From the IMG/VR virus record IMGVR_UViG_3300033182_000678, positions 1 through 64,000 of that record: 64,000 bases of DNA. One strand, 5' to 3'. Shown here one piece after another: positions 1 through 9,087 of the stretch (the stretch's first letter is position 1; every line of letters begins with the position of its first letter). A model generated the notes under the pieces. It saw only the letters and a program-made list of their open reading frames with translations, was not told the DNA's origin and searched no databases. Made by a program: the position numbers and the translations under genes. Origin of the DNA: a virus.

Positions 1-290
1 CTAAGAACGAGGAGGTCAAATGGAACATCGTGTTTCTTGAGCCATTGTTTAGTAGCAAAGAAAGACCTATCGTTCCTACCTGAAAAGATTACAATCTTGA
101 AACCATCAGCCTTAAAGAGTTGAGCCAACTTGATTACAGGATGATTCGGTTTATCCCAATCCATAATAGAATCGGGAGAAGCAAAGATATCCCAATCTAA
201 CTTACCATTTGGTTTCATAGACTTATCTCTCCTAACATCAATATTAGCGAGAGTACCATCTAAGTCAAATATAACCGTTTTCTTGTTCAT
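1..290 (-). CDS. HAD phosphatase (T4 polynucleotide kinase 3'-phosphatase-like), runs off the window edge
   Basis: Not in ORF track; own translation MNKKTVIFDLDGTLANID...IVIFSGR...WLKKHDVPFDLLVLR shows DxDGT and SGR motifs; AGGAG SD upstream. Confidence 0.85.
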   Translation of the reverse strand, partial: MNKKTVIFDLDGTLANIDVRRDKSMKPNGKLDWDIFASPDSIMDWDKPNHPVIKLAQLFKADGFKIVIFSGRNDRSFFATKQWLKKHDVPFDLLVL

Positions 291-313
291 AATATCTCCT
301 TTTAACATACCTA

Positions 314-343
314 AAGGTACAAATAAAATACTATGTAAGTCAA
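314..343 (-). promoter_or_regulatory. sigma70-type promoter TTGACT-N18-TACCTT
   Basis: Same GCTTGAC-N18 layout as at 4236-4265 and 21319-21348; upstream of the HAD gene. Confidence 0.6.
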
Positions 344-346
344 GCT

Positions 347-625
347 TTATTTTCGTTTTTTCTTATTTTTTTTCATTGATTTTCTGTAGTATAGATACTT
401 GAGTATCTCATACTTTGTCTCGGAACCACGAACACCTGCGACTGGTGTGATTTGTTCTACTTCAAAATAGACCTCTGTAACTTCTTCTATTTCTTCCCAT
501 TCATAATTATCCCAAAGGTTATTAAGGTCAAGAGACAAAGTATCCTCTACCTCTTGACCCATTAAACTACTGAGTGAGAAGAGTAGGTAACTCAGCCAAA
601 TAAAATGTCGTTGAATCATATTCAT
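347..625 (-). CDS. secreted hypothetical protein of the pilin cassette
   Basis: MNMIQRHFIWLSYLLFSLSSLMG|Q looks like a signal peptide; start more likely 625/619 than 724. Confidence 0.55.
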   Translation of the reverse strand: MNMIQRHFIWLSYLLFSLSSLMGQEVEDTLSLDLNNLWDNYEWEEIEEVTEVYFEVEQITPVAGVRGSETKYEILKYLYYRKSMKKNKKKRK

Positions 626-1007
626 AAAAGTAGATATCATCATTTTTTCTGTGATGATACACTCTTCCATTACCATCATTATCATAATCAAACTGCCACT
701 CATCATCTTCATCAGGTATACCATACTCTAAGTTGACTTTTACATTACGACTCCTACCAATAATAGTTAGTGGATTTGTAGGCCAACTCTCAATACCAGT
801 TGCAAGTAATCTTTCATATGCCTCTTGTTCCAATCCCGCCCATATCCTATCAACGAATGCCTTTTCTGCTGCATTCTCTGCATTATTTAATGTATCGGCG
901 TATCTTGGTATTGCGACTGCTGCGAGTATCCCTAAGATTATTGTTACCATTACTAACTCTATTAGTGTGAACCCTTTACTTACTTTCTTCATGATTTTCC
1001 CTTTCAT
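567..1007 (-). CDS. type IV pilin / pseudopilin-like protein
   Basis: Class III signal peptide SKG|FTLIELVMVTIILGILAAVAIPRY; start may be 992. Confidence 0.9.
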   Translation of the reverse strand: MKGKIMKKVSKGFTLIELVMVTIILGILAAVAIPRYADTLNNAENAAEKAFVDRIWAGLEQEAYERLLATGIESWPTNPLTIIGRSRNVKVNLEYGIPDEDDEWQFDYDNDGNGRVYHHRKNDDIYFYEYDSTTFYLAELPTLLTQ

Positions 1008-1008
1008 G

Positions 1009-1638
1009 TTATGGTTGAAGTTTTTTGTGTAATCCTGCTGGATTTTCTAAATCTGCCACATATAAGATTGGTGAATATGATGCAGTTCCTGCACCACCAC
1101 CTGGTATCACTATGTAAATGTAGTGTCCATCTTGAAATGGTGATTTAATTGCGTTTCTACCGAATTGGTCTAAAAACTCTTCTGCTCCTACTGATACATC
1201 GTAGTAATCATCAAAGTTATCATCTTCTGATGTAGAGATATTGTGTCCACTTGGTGCACTTGCCTGTGGATGATTGGTACTAAATACTGATACCCAGTTA
1301 CTACCCTCAATATCATCATACGAACCAAATGTTGAGATACCCTCTAATAATAACTCCTCTGTTTCATATCCACCAACTACCTCATCATACTTTACTTGAC
1401 CTGGAAATCTACCTCTACCCTCACGAACCACCATATCATTATAGAAGTTCATAGCAGATTGAGTTATCTTATCTATATCGGCTTCTGTTTTTCTTTCCTT
1501 CGCTGCCTCACCCACTCCACTAAATCTTGGAGCTGCGGTAGTTGCCAAGGTTGCCATCATCGCAGTAGTGACTGCGAACTCTGCGAGAGAATTACCTCTC
1601 TTACTTTTTATTTTTTTAATTAAGTTTTCAAACATCAT
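1009..1638 (-). CDS. type IV pilin-like protein with atypical +1 Asn
   Basis: KRG|NSLAEFAVTTAMMATLATTAAPRF: basic leader, G-1, E+5, hydrophobic helix, P22. Confidence 0.75.
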   Translation of the reverse strand: MMFENLIKKIKSKRGNSLAEFAVTTAMMATLATTAAPRFSGVGEAAKERKTEADIDKITQSAMNFYNDMVVREGRGRFPGQVKYDEVVGGYETEELLLEGISTFGSYDDIEGSNWVSVFSTNHPQASAPSGHNISTSEDDNFDDYYDVSVGAEEFLDQFGRNAIKSPFQDGHYIYIVIPGGGAGTASYSPILYVADLENPAGLHKKLQP

Positions 1639-1667
1639 TCTTCTCCTCTGTTTGTTACCTATATGTT

Positions 1668-1682
1668 ACAAAAAGCATACCA
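1668..1682 (-). promoter_or_regulatory. sigma54-like -24/-12 promoter TGGTATG-CTTT-TTGT
   Basis: GG-N10-GT, close to TGGCACG-N4-TTGC, 30 nt upstream of the pilin genes. Confidence 0.55.
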
Positions 1683-1743
1683 AACCTCGTCATTTTTGAA
1701 AAATAATTTTATATTATTGTATATGTGGATTTAGAGCAGGCAC

Positions 1744-1774
1744 AAAAAAACCACTCGTGTTTAAGTGGTTTTTT
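1744..1774. terminator. intrinsic terminator, bidirectional-looking
   Basis: AAAAAAACCACT-8nt-AGTGGTTTTTT. Confidence 0.75.
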
Positions 1775-1821
1775 CTAATGTATTATTTCGTTACAAGAGT
1801 GTAACATTTTGTTTTGTGATG

Positions 1822-2118
1822 TTACACTTTGAACATATCCCACATATGTTTAAAGAATAATCCTAAGAAACCTGTTCCTATAACACCTCTCCACTTTTTA
1901 GTATCTTGTCGGAATTGTGAGTTCAGTTTTGTTTCTGCCCATAATCCCTCGTGTGGATTAAATAAGTTTTCTTTAATAAATCTAATATCTTCATGAACTT
2001 CTGAATGTTGTTTATCATTTAATTTTTTCATCTCATCAATACTTTGTGTGATGTTATCAATTTTATTATGAATCAAATCAAACTCTTTTCTATCTTGTGC
2101 ATTCATGGGGTTCTCCAT
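1822..2118 (-). CDS. hypothetical coiled-coil protein with C-terminal hydrophobic helix
   Basis: ORF; start may be 2106 after GGAG. Confidence 0.6.
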   Translation of the reverse strand: MENPMNAQDRKEFDLIHNKIDNITQSIDEMKKLNDKQHSEVHEDIRFIKENLFNPHEGLWAETKLNSQFRQDTKKWRGVIGTGFLGLFFKHMWDMFKV

Positions 2119-2157
2119 TGTTTGTATTCTACTATAAATATCAAACTTCTAAAAAAC

Positions 2158-2889
2158 TTATATGAAAAATAACTCGTTAAAAAAATTATTTTTTCTACTG
2201 ATTTTTGTAATTCTCTTTGTGATAAATCTATTTTTATTATTGTGTTCAATGTAGTTAAAAACTTCCATAGATTTGTTCATATCTTCAATATATTTTTCAG
2301 TAACTATGTTGTCCATAAAATCTATTTTTTTAAATCGTTCATCATGTATTAAAAGAGTTTTTAATACACTTACTTCATCTGTGTGACTTGTGACCTCTTC
2401 TCTATCCCAATTAAAGTTTTTAATTTGTTTAAATAAAAACCATTCTATATAATAACTCCAATGTCGTTTTAGATTAATAAAATGAACTTTATTTAAATCT
2501 TTAAATCCACCAAGTACATATATTCTATTGTGTAAGTCTATAATTGAATGATGATAGAAAATAACTTCATCTTTTTTCTCTGTATAAACTTGATATAATC
2601 TATCAACTAAATCTGGTCTATTTTCAAATATATTATCATGCCACACATGACCCTCAAAATATCCTCTCAAATCTTGAACTTGACCAGATAAAAACCTTTC
2701 CATTGGATTTCTATATATAAATACTTTTAAATAATCTTCATATTTTTCATAATCAGTTTCATCACTCGGAAAGTGTTCATAATTGACATTTTTTAAATAA
2801 ATGTTTCTTATATGACTTGAACCAAGTTTGGCACCAGTATATATCATTACTTTACTTTTAGGTATTGTAAATACTGATGCCTGACTCAT
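2158..2889 (-). CDS. putative sulfotransferase (Sulfotransfer_2-like)
   Basis: AKLGSSHIR resembles the 5'-PSB loop; YRNPMERFLS resembles the 3'-PB motif. Confidence 0.6.
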   Translation of the reverse strand: MSQASVFTIPKSKVMIYTGAKLGSSHIRNIYLKNVNYEHFPSDETDYEKYEDYLKVFIYRNPMERFLSGQVQDLRGYFEGHVWHDNIFENRPDLVDRLYQVYTEKKDEVIFYHHSIIDLHNRIYVLGGFKDLNKVHFINLKRHWSYYIEWFLFKQIKNFNWDREEVTSHTDEVSVLKTLLIHDERFKKIDFMDNIVTEKYIEDMNKSMEVFNYIEHNNKNRFITKRITKISRKNNFFNELFFI

Positions 2890-3137
2890 TATTTTTTATA
2901 ATTTTTCTTATAAGGTCTTTTTTTTCTTGGTTGTGGTTTACCGCTTTTGGTTATCCTAAAGATTTCTTTTTTCAATAACTCTCTTTGAGTTCTTAAATCC
3001 TCTACTTCACCATTTAGGTCACTAATATCATCTCTTAGTTTGTTATTTCTATTGATACTAACTAATCCTAATATTAATATACCTAATACTATACCTAAAA
3101 ATATTCCACAACTAAATGCAATCCATACTGCTTCCAT
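2889..3137 (-). CDS. small membrane-anchored coiled-coil protein
   Basis: N-terminal TM helix, coiled coil, basic tail. Confidence 0.65.
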   Translation of the reverse strand: MEAVWIAFSCGIFLGIVLGILILGLVSINRNNKLRDDISDLNGEVEDLRTQRELLKKEIFRITKSGKPQPRKKRPYKKNYKK

Positions 3138-3247
3138 TATCTTATATCCCTTTTAACATCTCTGTATTGTTCAAAAATATCTCTATCTAATTCTACATTC
3201 AATCTGTAAAATACAATACAAAAGACTATTGTTATTATTAATTCCAT
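3137..3247 (-). CDS. 36-aa hydrophobic small protein
   Basis: MELIITIVFCIVFYRLNVELDRDIFEQYRDVKRDIR; TGATG and TAATG overlaps with both neighbours. Confidence 0.55.
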   Translation of the reverse strand: MELIITIVFCIVFYRLNVELDRDIFEQYRDVKRDIR

Positions 3248-3528
3248 CATCCTAATCCATCCTTACCACTTAAGGAGTCATCTGTTTCAACTTTATCTTC
3301 TTCCCACCATTGATATGGTGTTACTGATGATGGTTTTTTATTTGTCGCCTGAAACTGAGTATCATACTCGTCCCTTCTCATCACTTTCCATAACCTATTG
3401 AATGCCTCTCTATCTGACATTTTCTTTACACCTTGAAAGAATGTGGTTGCTCCACTTACACCTACATCACTATCCAAGTCTGCTGATGTTACTATCTCAT
3501 CATATTTGTTTACTAATACATACTGCAA
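3247..3528 (-). CDS. hypothetical protein
   Basis: ORF with GGAG SD and TTG start. Confidence 0.6.
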   Translation of the reverse strand: MQYVLVNKYDEIVTSADLDSDVGVSGATTFFQGVKKMSDREAFNRLWKVMRRDEYDTQFQATNKKPSSVTPYQWWEEDKVETDDSLSGKDGLG

Positions 3529-3538
3529 CTCTCATCTC

Positions 3539-4123
3539 CTAATTTAATATTATCCCAAATGTCCTATCTTTATATTCTCCATACCAATCAGTAAAGGACA
3601 CATTTACATGAACGGTATCACCAACCATTGTTTTTACTGGCCCAAACATAGTGTTTACTTCACCATATGTATCTGGTTGTGTTGATGGATAAGAAGAACC
3701 ATTTACGGTAGGTACTTCAAATCCATAGAATTGTGTTACATATGTCGTATCGTAATTGACATACATTAAATCTTCTGTGAGTCCTCTCTTTACTATGTAT
3801 CCAAGTGTATCACCTATAGTCCAATAATGTGTGGAACGCCATTTAACTCCTAACCATTCCATATCATCTCTTTCCCACCATTCATAATCTTTACCTTCAC
3901 TTGTGATATGAGCAGTTAATCGTTTTACTGATTGCCATTTATTCATATCAAGATTCATATGGTAGTATCCATTTTCATCTTGTGGTAGGTCAACACTTAA
4001 TTCAATATTGAAATTAGGATAATTATATTTTGTATCCTCACATCCAATAAATATTAATAAACTAATTCCTATTAGGATGTTTTTTGTTAAACTTATTATT
4101 TTGTTTTTTATTGAGTTCATCAT
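3539..4123 (-). CDS. putative lipoprotein
   Basis: Lipobox-like LLIFIG|CED after a basic/hydrophobic leader. Confidence 0.6.
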   Translation of the reverse strand: MMNSIKNKIISLTKNILIGISLLIFIGCEDTKYNYPNFNIELSVDLPQDENGYYHMNLDMNKWQSVKRLTAHITSEGKDYEWWERDDMEWLGVKWRSTHYWTIGDTLGYIVKRGLTEDLMYVNYDTTYVTQFYGFEVPTVNGSSYPSTQPDTYGEVNTMFGPVKTMVGDTVHVNVSFTDWYGEYKDRTFGIILN

Positions 4124-4223
4124 AACTTTTTTTCTTCCTTTTTGGTTTTATTTTTGATTGTATTCTTTCACGAAAAGTCTCTTCTTCAAGTTCTTCCCAT
4201 CCATTCCAATCATACTTTGGCAT
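4062..4223 (-). CDS. 53-aa basic hypothetical protein
   Basis: MPKYDWNGWEELEEETFRER...; GGAG SD and sigma70-type promoter directly upstream. Confidence 0.55.
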   Translation of the reverse strand: MPKYDWNGWEELEEETFRERIQSKIKPKRKKKSYDELNKKQNNKFNKKHPNRN

Positions 4224-4235
4224 TTATAACTCCCT

Positions 4236-4265
4236 AATATACTAATTTATTATGATACGAGTCAA
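4236..4265 (-). promoter_or_regulatory. sigma70-type promoter TTGACT-N18-TATATT
   Basis: Hexamers read directly; matches the other two copies. Confidence 0.6.
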
Positions 4266-4504
4266 GCTCTTTTTATCTTTAATTTCTCTACCTTGTCAAG
4301 AAATTCTGTTAGTGTGTACTTACCACCCTTTTCATCAAGAATAGTATAGTTCTCTAATGATTCAGGACTCGTGTTTATCATATTTATAAGTGCAACCCAT
4401 CCTTGTTCAGGATAAAAACTACCCAAACTTTCTTCACCCAATATATTACTACTGAACATTAGATTTTCTTTTGATTCTTTTTTATTGAGTATGAAATATG
4501 TCAT
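4262..4504 (-). CDS. hypothetical protein
   Basis: ORF overlapping the upstream gene. Confidence 0.6.
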   Translation of the reverse strand: MTYFILNKKESKENLMFSSNILGEESLGSFYPEQGWVALINMINTSPESLENYTILDEKGGKYTLTEFLDKVEKLKIKRA

Positions 4505-5156
4505 GTATATCCTCTGATACTATTTTATATCCTTTTGTTGATGGATGTGCTCTTCCTTTTACAAATGGATTGGTTTCATCCAATCCTTTTTCAAATAACT
4601 CTGAATCTTTTTTGTTTAATAACATATCAGTAATAGAACTATCTGTATATAAATAGTTTTCTTTTTTTACAAAATCAGGTTTTTTATAACTTTCTACCGT
4701 ATTTACAAATACATAACCTTTTACATTTGGTGTATTGTCAAGTATATGTTTTACTTTTAACACCCACATTTTATATAGTGTATTGAAATACTCATCATCA
4801 TGACAATAAATTAAATAATCTTCCCATAGTTTGTTATTCTGTGGTTCTATAAGATTAGGATGGTCGTATTTATCCACTTGAAGAATATTTCTTCCCCATG
4901 AAGATGCAAAATCTAACCATGGTAAATTTTCTCTCAAGAATGATGTTACACCCACTACACAAAAACACTCATGAACAAATGAATTTTCTTTTATAGAAGA
5001 TAACACTTCAGTATTGTTTGAACCTGCATACCCATAATTATTAACACTCCAACCCTCTTCACTTAACCAATAATCAATATTCATTTTTCTACCATTTTTA
5101 TGATGGTCTGCACAAGAACCATAGATAAAACTATCTCCAAATAAGTTAATTATCAT
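4482..5156 (-). CDS. SGNH/GDSL-like hydrolase or acyltransferase
   Basis: FGDSF, NYGYAGSNN, C-terminal HP...GY. Confidence 0.7.
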   Translation of the reverse strand: MIINLFGDSFIYGSCADHHKNGRKMNIDYWLSEEGWSVNNYGYAGSNNTEVLSSIKENSFVHECFCVVGVTSFLRENLPWLDFASSWGRNILQVDKYDHPNLIEPQNNKLWEDYLIYCHDDEYFNTLYKMWVLKVKHILDNTPNVKGYVFVNTVESYKKPDFVKKENYLYTDSSITDMLLNKKDSELFEKGLDETNPFVKGRAHPSTKGYKIVSEDIHDIFHTQ

Positions 5157-6330
5157 TTTTGATTAGTGTCTCCTCGGATGTCTGTAGATTAGTAATTCTA
5201 ATTTTCAATATACCTAATTCAAATGAACCAAAGTCACCACTATCTTGTATTATATCAGGTAACTTTGTAATGTATTGGAAATTCTCATTGTTTAATCTTT
5301 CACCATCAACCCTAACCACAATACCATTTTTAGGATACGCTCTATCACGATGAACTCTTCTTCTCAATGGATAATCAGTTCTTGGTTGTTCATTCTTAAT
5401 ATACTCTTGTATGTAACCACCATCTGGTACAAAAATATTACTACACCATGGTTCACAATTAGATAAGATATTGTAATCACAATAATTCTCAATCACAATA
5501 CCAATATCATATTTAGGCGAGACTATTGGTTTCATGTGTTCATCATGTTGAACTGCAGTTCCCCACTTTCTTATGAAATTTCTCATGTTTTTAGTTGTTG
5601 TCTCAATCCATTCAGGACTATCTTTACCTGGTGCACCACCTGCAGATGGATTAAATCTTGAACCTCTACAAGTCATATGATAAACATAACCTTGCCAAGT
5701 CTGTATAAACCTAACACCATTTAAATGTAGTCTATTGAATATATCTGAGTCTTCTTTACTTTGTGGTCTGAATAATTTGTCATGTCCACCAATTGATTGA
5801 AAGTCTTCCTTATATATTGCCCAAGGTGCGAATATTCCTTCTGTTGGTTCTTTGTTCGGTGATAATTGTGAATATTCTCTTAAAAATCTTTCTTCTTGAA
5901 ATTCTTCCGGTTCTATTCCATAATCAGCTATTATTTTCTCTGGCCCAGCAGGATGTAGTGGTGGTTCTATTCTTGTGAGTGATACTACTTTACCTTTTTC
6001 TAATAATCTATCTATTTCTTTATCTGCATTTGGACACAAATACATATCGGAATGAAAGAACACAACTCTATCATTTGTTGCATACTCATTCACTAACTTA
6101 TCATATAGTATTGTAAGTCCTTCTCTTTCGGGGCCTTTGTTTACATAAAGTTTGATATTTTTATCTCTCTTCATCCAAACTAATATCTGTTCTAAGGTTC
6201 CATCTGTTGAGGCATCATCTGCGAAACATATCTCATGTTCTACTGATGAGTTCTTACGAATACTCTCATAACACCACTTCAGATATTTTAAGTTATTTCG
6301 GGATGGTACAATAAAACTAATCGGCTTCAT
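5146..6330 (-). CDS. glycosyltransferase family 2
   Basis: ISFIVPSRN, DDASTDGT, HSD, IGGHD, EDSD. Confidence 0.9.
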   Translation of the reverse strand: MKPISFIVPSRNNLKYLKWCYESIRKNSSVEHEICFADDASTDGTLEQILVWMKRDKNIKLYVNKGPEREGLTILYDKLVNEYATNDRVVFFHSDMYLCPNADKEIDRLLEKGKVVSLTRIEPPLHPAGPEKIIADYGIEPEEFQEERFLREYSQLSPNKEPTEGIFAPWAIYKEDFQSIGGHDKLFRPQSKEDSDIFNRLHLNGVRFIQTWQGYVYHMTCRGSRFNPSAGGAPGKDSPEWIETTTKNMRNFIRKWGTAVQHDEHMKPIVSPKYDIGIVIENYCDYNILSNCEPWCSNIFVPDGGYIQEYIKNEQPRTDYPLRRRVHRDRAYPKNGIVVRVDGERLNNENFQYITKLPDIIQDSGDFGSFELGILKIRITNLQTSEETLIKNDN

Positions 6331-7330
6331 TTTCTTTTAACCACTCTCTTAAATGTTCTAATCGTTTCTCTTCACTTGGAAATGCACCTTTGTTACATTT
6401 TCTACACATTCTAAGTTTATCTCTCTGTCCTTTTTTTAGTGTCTCTCTGTAATGAGTATATGAATCATTAATCCATACATCTTCAATTCTTTCATTCAAT
6501 ACATTACCATGTATCACTTTATATTCCCAATCACAACAACATAACAATGCATCTCCATTCCATTTGATATACATTTGTGAACTTGGGAAATGACAATCTT
6601 TTTGTGGAACTGGCATATCAGGATTCACATTTGTTAAACCACCACGATTCCAAAATGTAAATGGGCCGAAGTGACTATCCTTTGACATACTCTTTTTCAT
6701 TTGTGTCACATTGTAATTTGATGACAATGTAATAAAACATTTACCATTAACACCTTGAAATGATTCTAATTGTTTTAGTAATTTAGTTGCATATTTATCA
6801 TCAAAATAATCATCTATTTGTATTGAAGTTAGTCCTGCATCAATCATATCACTAAGAAGTTCTGTAGTTAATCCTGTTCCATTTGTATTAATTTTGATTG
6901 GATTTTTTGGTAAATATTTTCTTGTTATTCCAATTATCTCTACCATTCTATCTTTATCCATCAATGGTTCATTCATAAGATAAGGTGAAACTCTACCAGT
7001 AAAATTTAAGTCTGCCAAGTTCTTTACTATTTTAGTATAGTTTTCAATAGACATTATATTATAAGGAATACCTTTTTTCTTTCCTTCTAACCTATCCCAT
7101 ATCATATAGTGATTAGGACAAAAGTCACATTTCAAATTACAAAATTCTATTGTTTGAATTTGTATCTGACCAAATAATGGAAATCCTTCTATTTTTGGTG
7201 GTTCATAACCTAATGATAAGTGTGGATTAACTGGGTCATGTGTTGCAACATCTTCTGATGGAACACCAATTAGTATATCTCTAATTGGATAAAATTCTAT
7301 GTGTTTGTCTTGTTCCAATGTTGTACCCAC
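6317..7330 (-). CDS. radical SAM protein with SPASM/twitch domain
   Basis: CNLKCDFC, NEPL, INTNG, C-terminal C...G...CC...CxxC. Confidence 0.9.
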   Translation of the reverse strand: MGTTLEQDKHIEFYPIRDILIGVPSEDVATHDPVNPHLSLGYEPPKIEGFPLFGQIQIQTIEFCNLKCDFCPNHYMIWDRLEGKKKGIPYNIMSIENYTKIVKNLADLNFTGRVSPYLMNEPLMDKDRMVEIIGITRKYLPKNPIKINTNGTGLTTELLSDMIDAGLTSIQIDDYFDDKYATKLLKQLESFQGVNGKCFITLSSNYNVTQMKKSMSKDSHFGPFTFWNRGGLTNVNPDMPVPQKDCHFPSSQMYIKWNGDALLCCCDWEYKVIHGNVLNERIEDVWINDSYTHYRETLKKGQRDKLRMCRKCNKGAFPSEEKRLEHLREWLKENEAD

Positions 7331-8229
7331 GCCTTTTCTGAATAATATTTATTAAATCTTTTTACTGTCGTTTCACTACATAATTTATAAAATTTCTCGT
7401 CTTCTTTTAGTCTTCTACCTAATTCTTTTGCTCTTTGTAAATCACCAACTTCAACTGTGGTTAATGGATGTAGTATTTCTTGAGTATCTAATCCGCGGTA
7501 ACCTATACAAGGCAAATTATGAAATGCACAATTAAGAGCAAATGTTCCAGCAGCATGAGTTCGCATCAAGTGAACTCCTATATTATATTCACCAAGAGTA
7601 TTTATCCATTCTCTCCAACTCATGTAAGGTAAATAATTTATATCCTCAATCATATCTTCTTGGTTTTGTTTTCTACCCATTGATGGTGCAGATATAGGAT
7701 TACCTATTTCCCTCGCCACTATATAAGAATCAAATCCACCATACCAACTCACAAAGTTACCACCAATCATTGTACCTTTTACATTATTTTTAAAATAATC
7801 ACTCTCTGTAGTTCTTGATTGTAATCCTGCTGGTATCATCAAACTTCTCATGACTCTGACATCTTTACAACCTAATCCAAGATAGTAATTCACATCACTT
7901 TCATTATGACAATAAACCCAATCTGCACCCATCAATGTATTATAATAATGGAATTGTTCTTCTATTGTGTAATCTTGAAAGTACCAATGTGGGCCTTCTT
8001 GCATTACTGCAACCCTATCACAAGATTTTCTCATAAAATCCAAATTGACTTTTGGATTTTCTTTTGGTATGATTACTATACCTAAATCAAAGTATTCATC
8101 TGGTTTTACATTCAAACTACACATTGGAGCATCTAATGCTAAACACCAACTTACCTCTGTGCGAGCGTTTGGAAAATCTCTTGGATATCTTTGATTATTA
8201 CCTGTTTCTGAAAAGAATGCTATCTTCAT
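7297..8229 (-). CDS. putative GT-B glycosyltransferase
   Basis: MKIAFF N-terminus, HAAGTFALNCAFHNLPCIG segment; glycan island context. Confidence 0.6.
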   Translation of the reverse strand: MKIAFFSETGNNQRYPRDFPNARTEVSWCLALDAPMCSLNVKPDEYFDLGIVIIPKENPKVNLDFMRKSCDRVAVMQEGPHWYFQDYTIEEQFHYYNTLMGADWVYCHNESDVNYYLGLGCKDVRVMRSLMIPAGLQSRTTESDYFKNNVKGTMIGGNFVSWYGGFDSYIVAREIGNPISAPSMGRKQNQEDMIEDINYLPYMSWREWINTLGEYNIGVHLMRTHAAGTFALNCAFHNLPCIGYRGLDTQEILHPLTTVEVGDLQRAKELGRRLKEDEKFYKLCSETTVKRFNKYYSEKAWVQHWNKTNT

Positions 8230-8900
8230 AACTCTGAAATTGTTTTAAATTCTATTGTGAATTGTGATAATAAATAGTCTAAGATTCTCTGAAAGTAATT
8301 AAAATTTTCTTCATTCCATGTATTATCATTCCAATCTCCTTGAATATGTGATTGGAACATAAATGTGTTTCCATATAACTTTACATCATCACTTTGATGA
8401 ATACCATCTGCACCCCAAAATAACTTAGTGTCAAATCGTATACCTTGATTGATTTGTTCATGTTGTGCAACCCATTCAAAGTTTTCACTAACTACCTCTG
8501 CTGCCTCTTGTGAGATACCCCATCCTGGTGCTCTGAATCCTTTGGGTTTGTGTCCACATTGTTCCCATAAATTTAAACTATCTTTAACTCTATCTATCGC
8601 ATCATCTTTATTTAATTCTAAGAACTCTTGTTCACCTATTTCTTCTTTAGTATATTTTTCAACATGGTGGTAATGTCCATGGTTACTTAACTCTATCCAA
8701 TCAAATTGTTTCCAATATGACACCCAATCTTTTGTTAATGGAAATTCATTATGATAATAACTTGGACAAAATAAATTGAATTTAACTCCATATTTTTTAT
8801 TGAGTTCTTTTAGATACTCTACTTGGATATCACCCTCACAACCCCAACCTTTCTGTGGATGTAAATCATCTATCGCAACTATTAAATTAGTGTTTACCAT
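8226..8900 (-). CDS. polysaccharide deacetylase (NodB/DUF2334-like)
   Basis: IDD, HGHYH, GFRAPGW. Confidence 0.8.
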   Translation of the reverse strand: MVNTNLIVAIDDLHPQKGWGCEGDIQVEYLKELNKKYGVKFNLFCPSYYHNEFPLTKDWVSYWKQFDWIELSNHGHYHHVEKYTKEEIGEQEFLELNKDDAIDRVKDSLNLWEQCGHKPKGFRAPGWGISQEAAEVVSENFEWVAQHEQINQGIRFDTKLFWGADGIHQSDDVKLYGNTFMFQSHIQGDWNDNTWNEENFNYFQRILDYLLSQFTIEFKTISEL

Positions 8901-9087
8901 ATCTTATCCTATTCCAAACTCTTTCATGGAAATAAAACATTATCATTCCTGTTACATTCATAATCACTGCATTCCAAAATGGTATCTCATTTAATCCTAA
9001 TGCCAATATTATCCATGAATTACTAAATGCAATCAATCTCCATGTGATTGATTTTTGTGTTGACCTACTTCTTGTTTCTTGGAACAT
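8887..9087 (-). CDS. DUF2061-like membrane protein
   Basis: ETRSRSTQKSITWR...YFHERVWNRIRYG. Confidence 0.8.
   Translation of the reverse strand: MFQETRSRSTQKSITWRLIAFSNSWIILALGLNEIPFWNAVIMNVTGMIMFYFHERVWNRIRYGKH

Noticed and set aside
626-724. N-terminal extension of the 125-aa ORF
   Set aside because: Met/Ile-rich out-of-frame reading of the pilin gene; a signal-peptide start at 625/619 fits better
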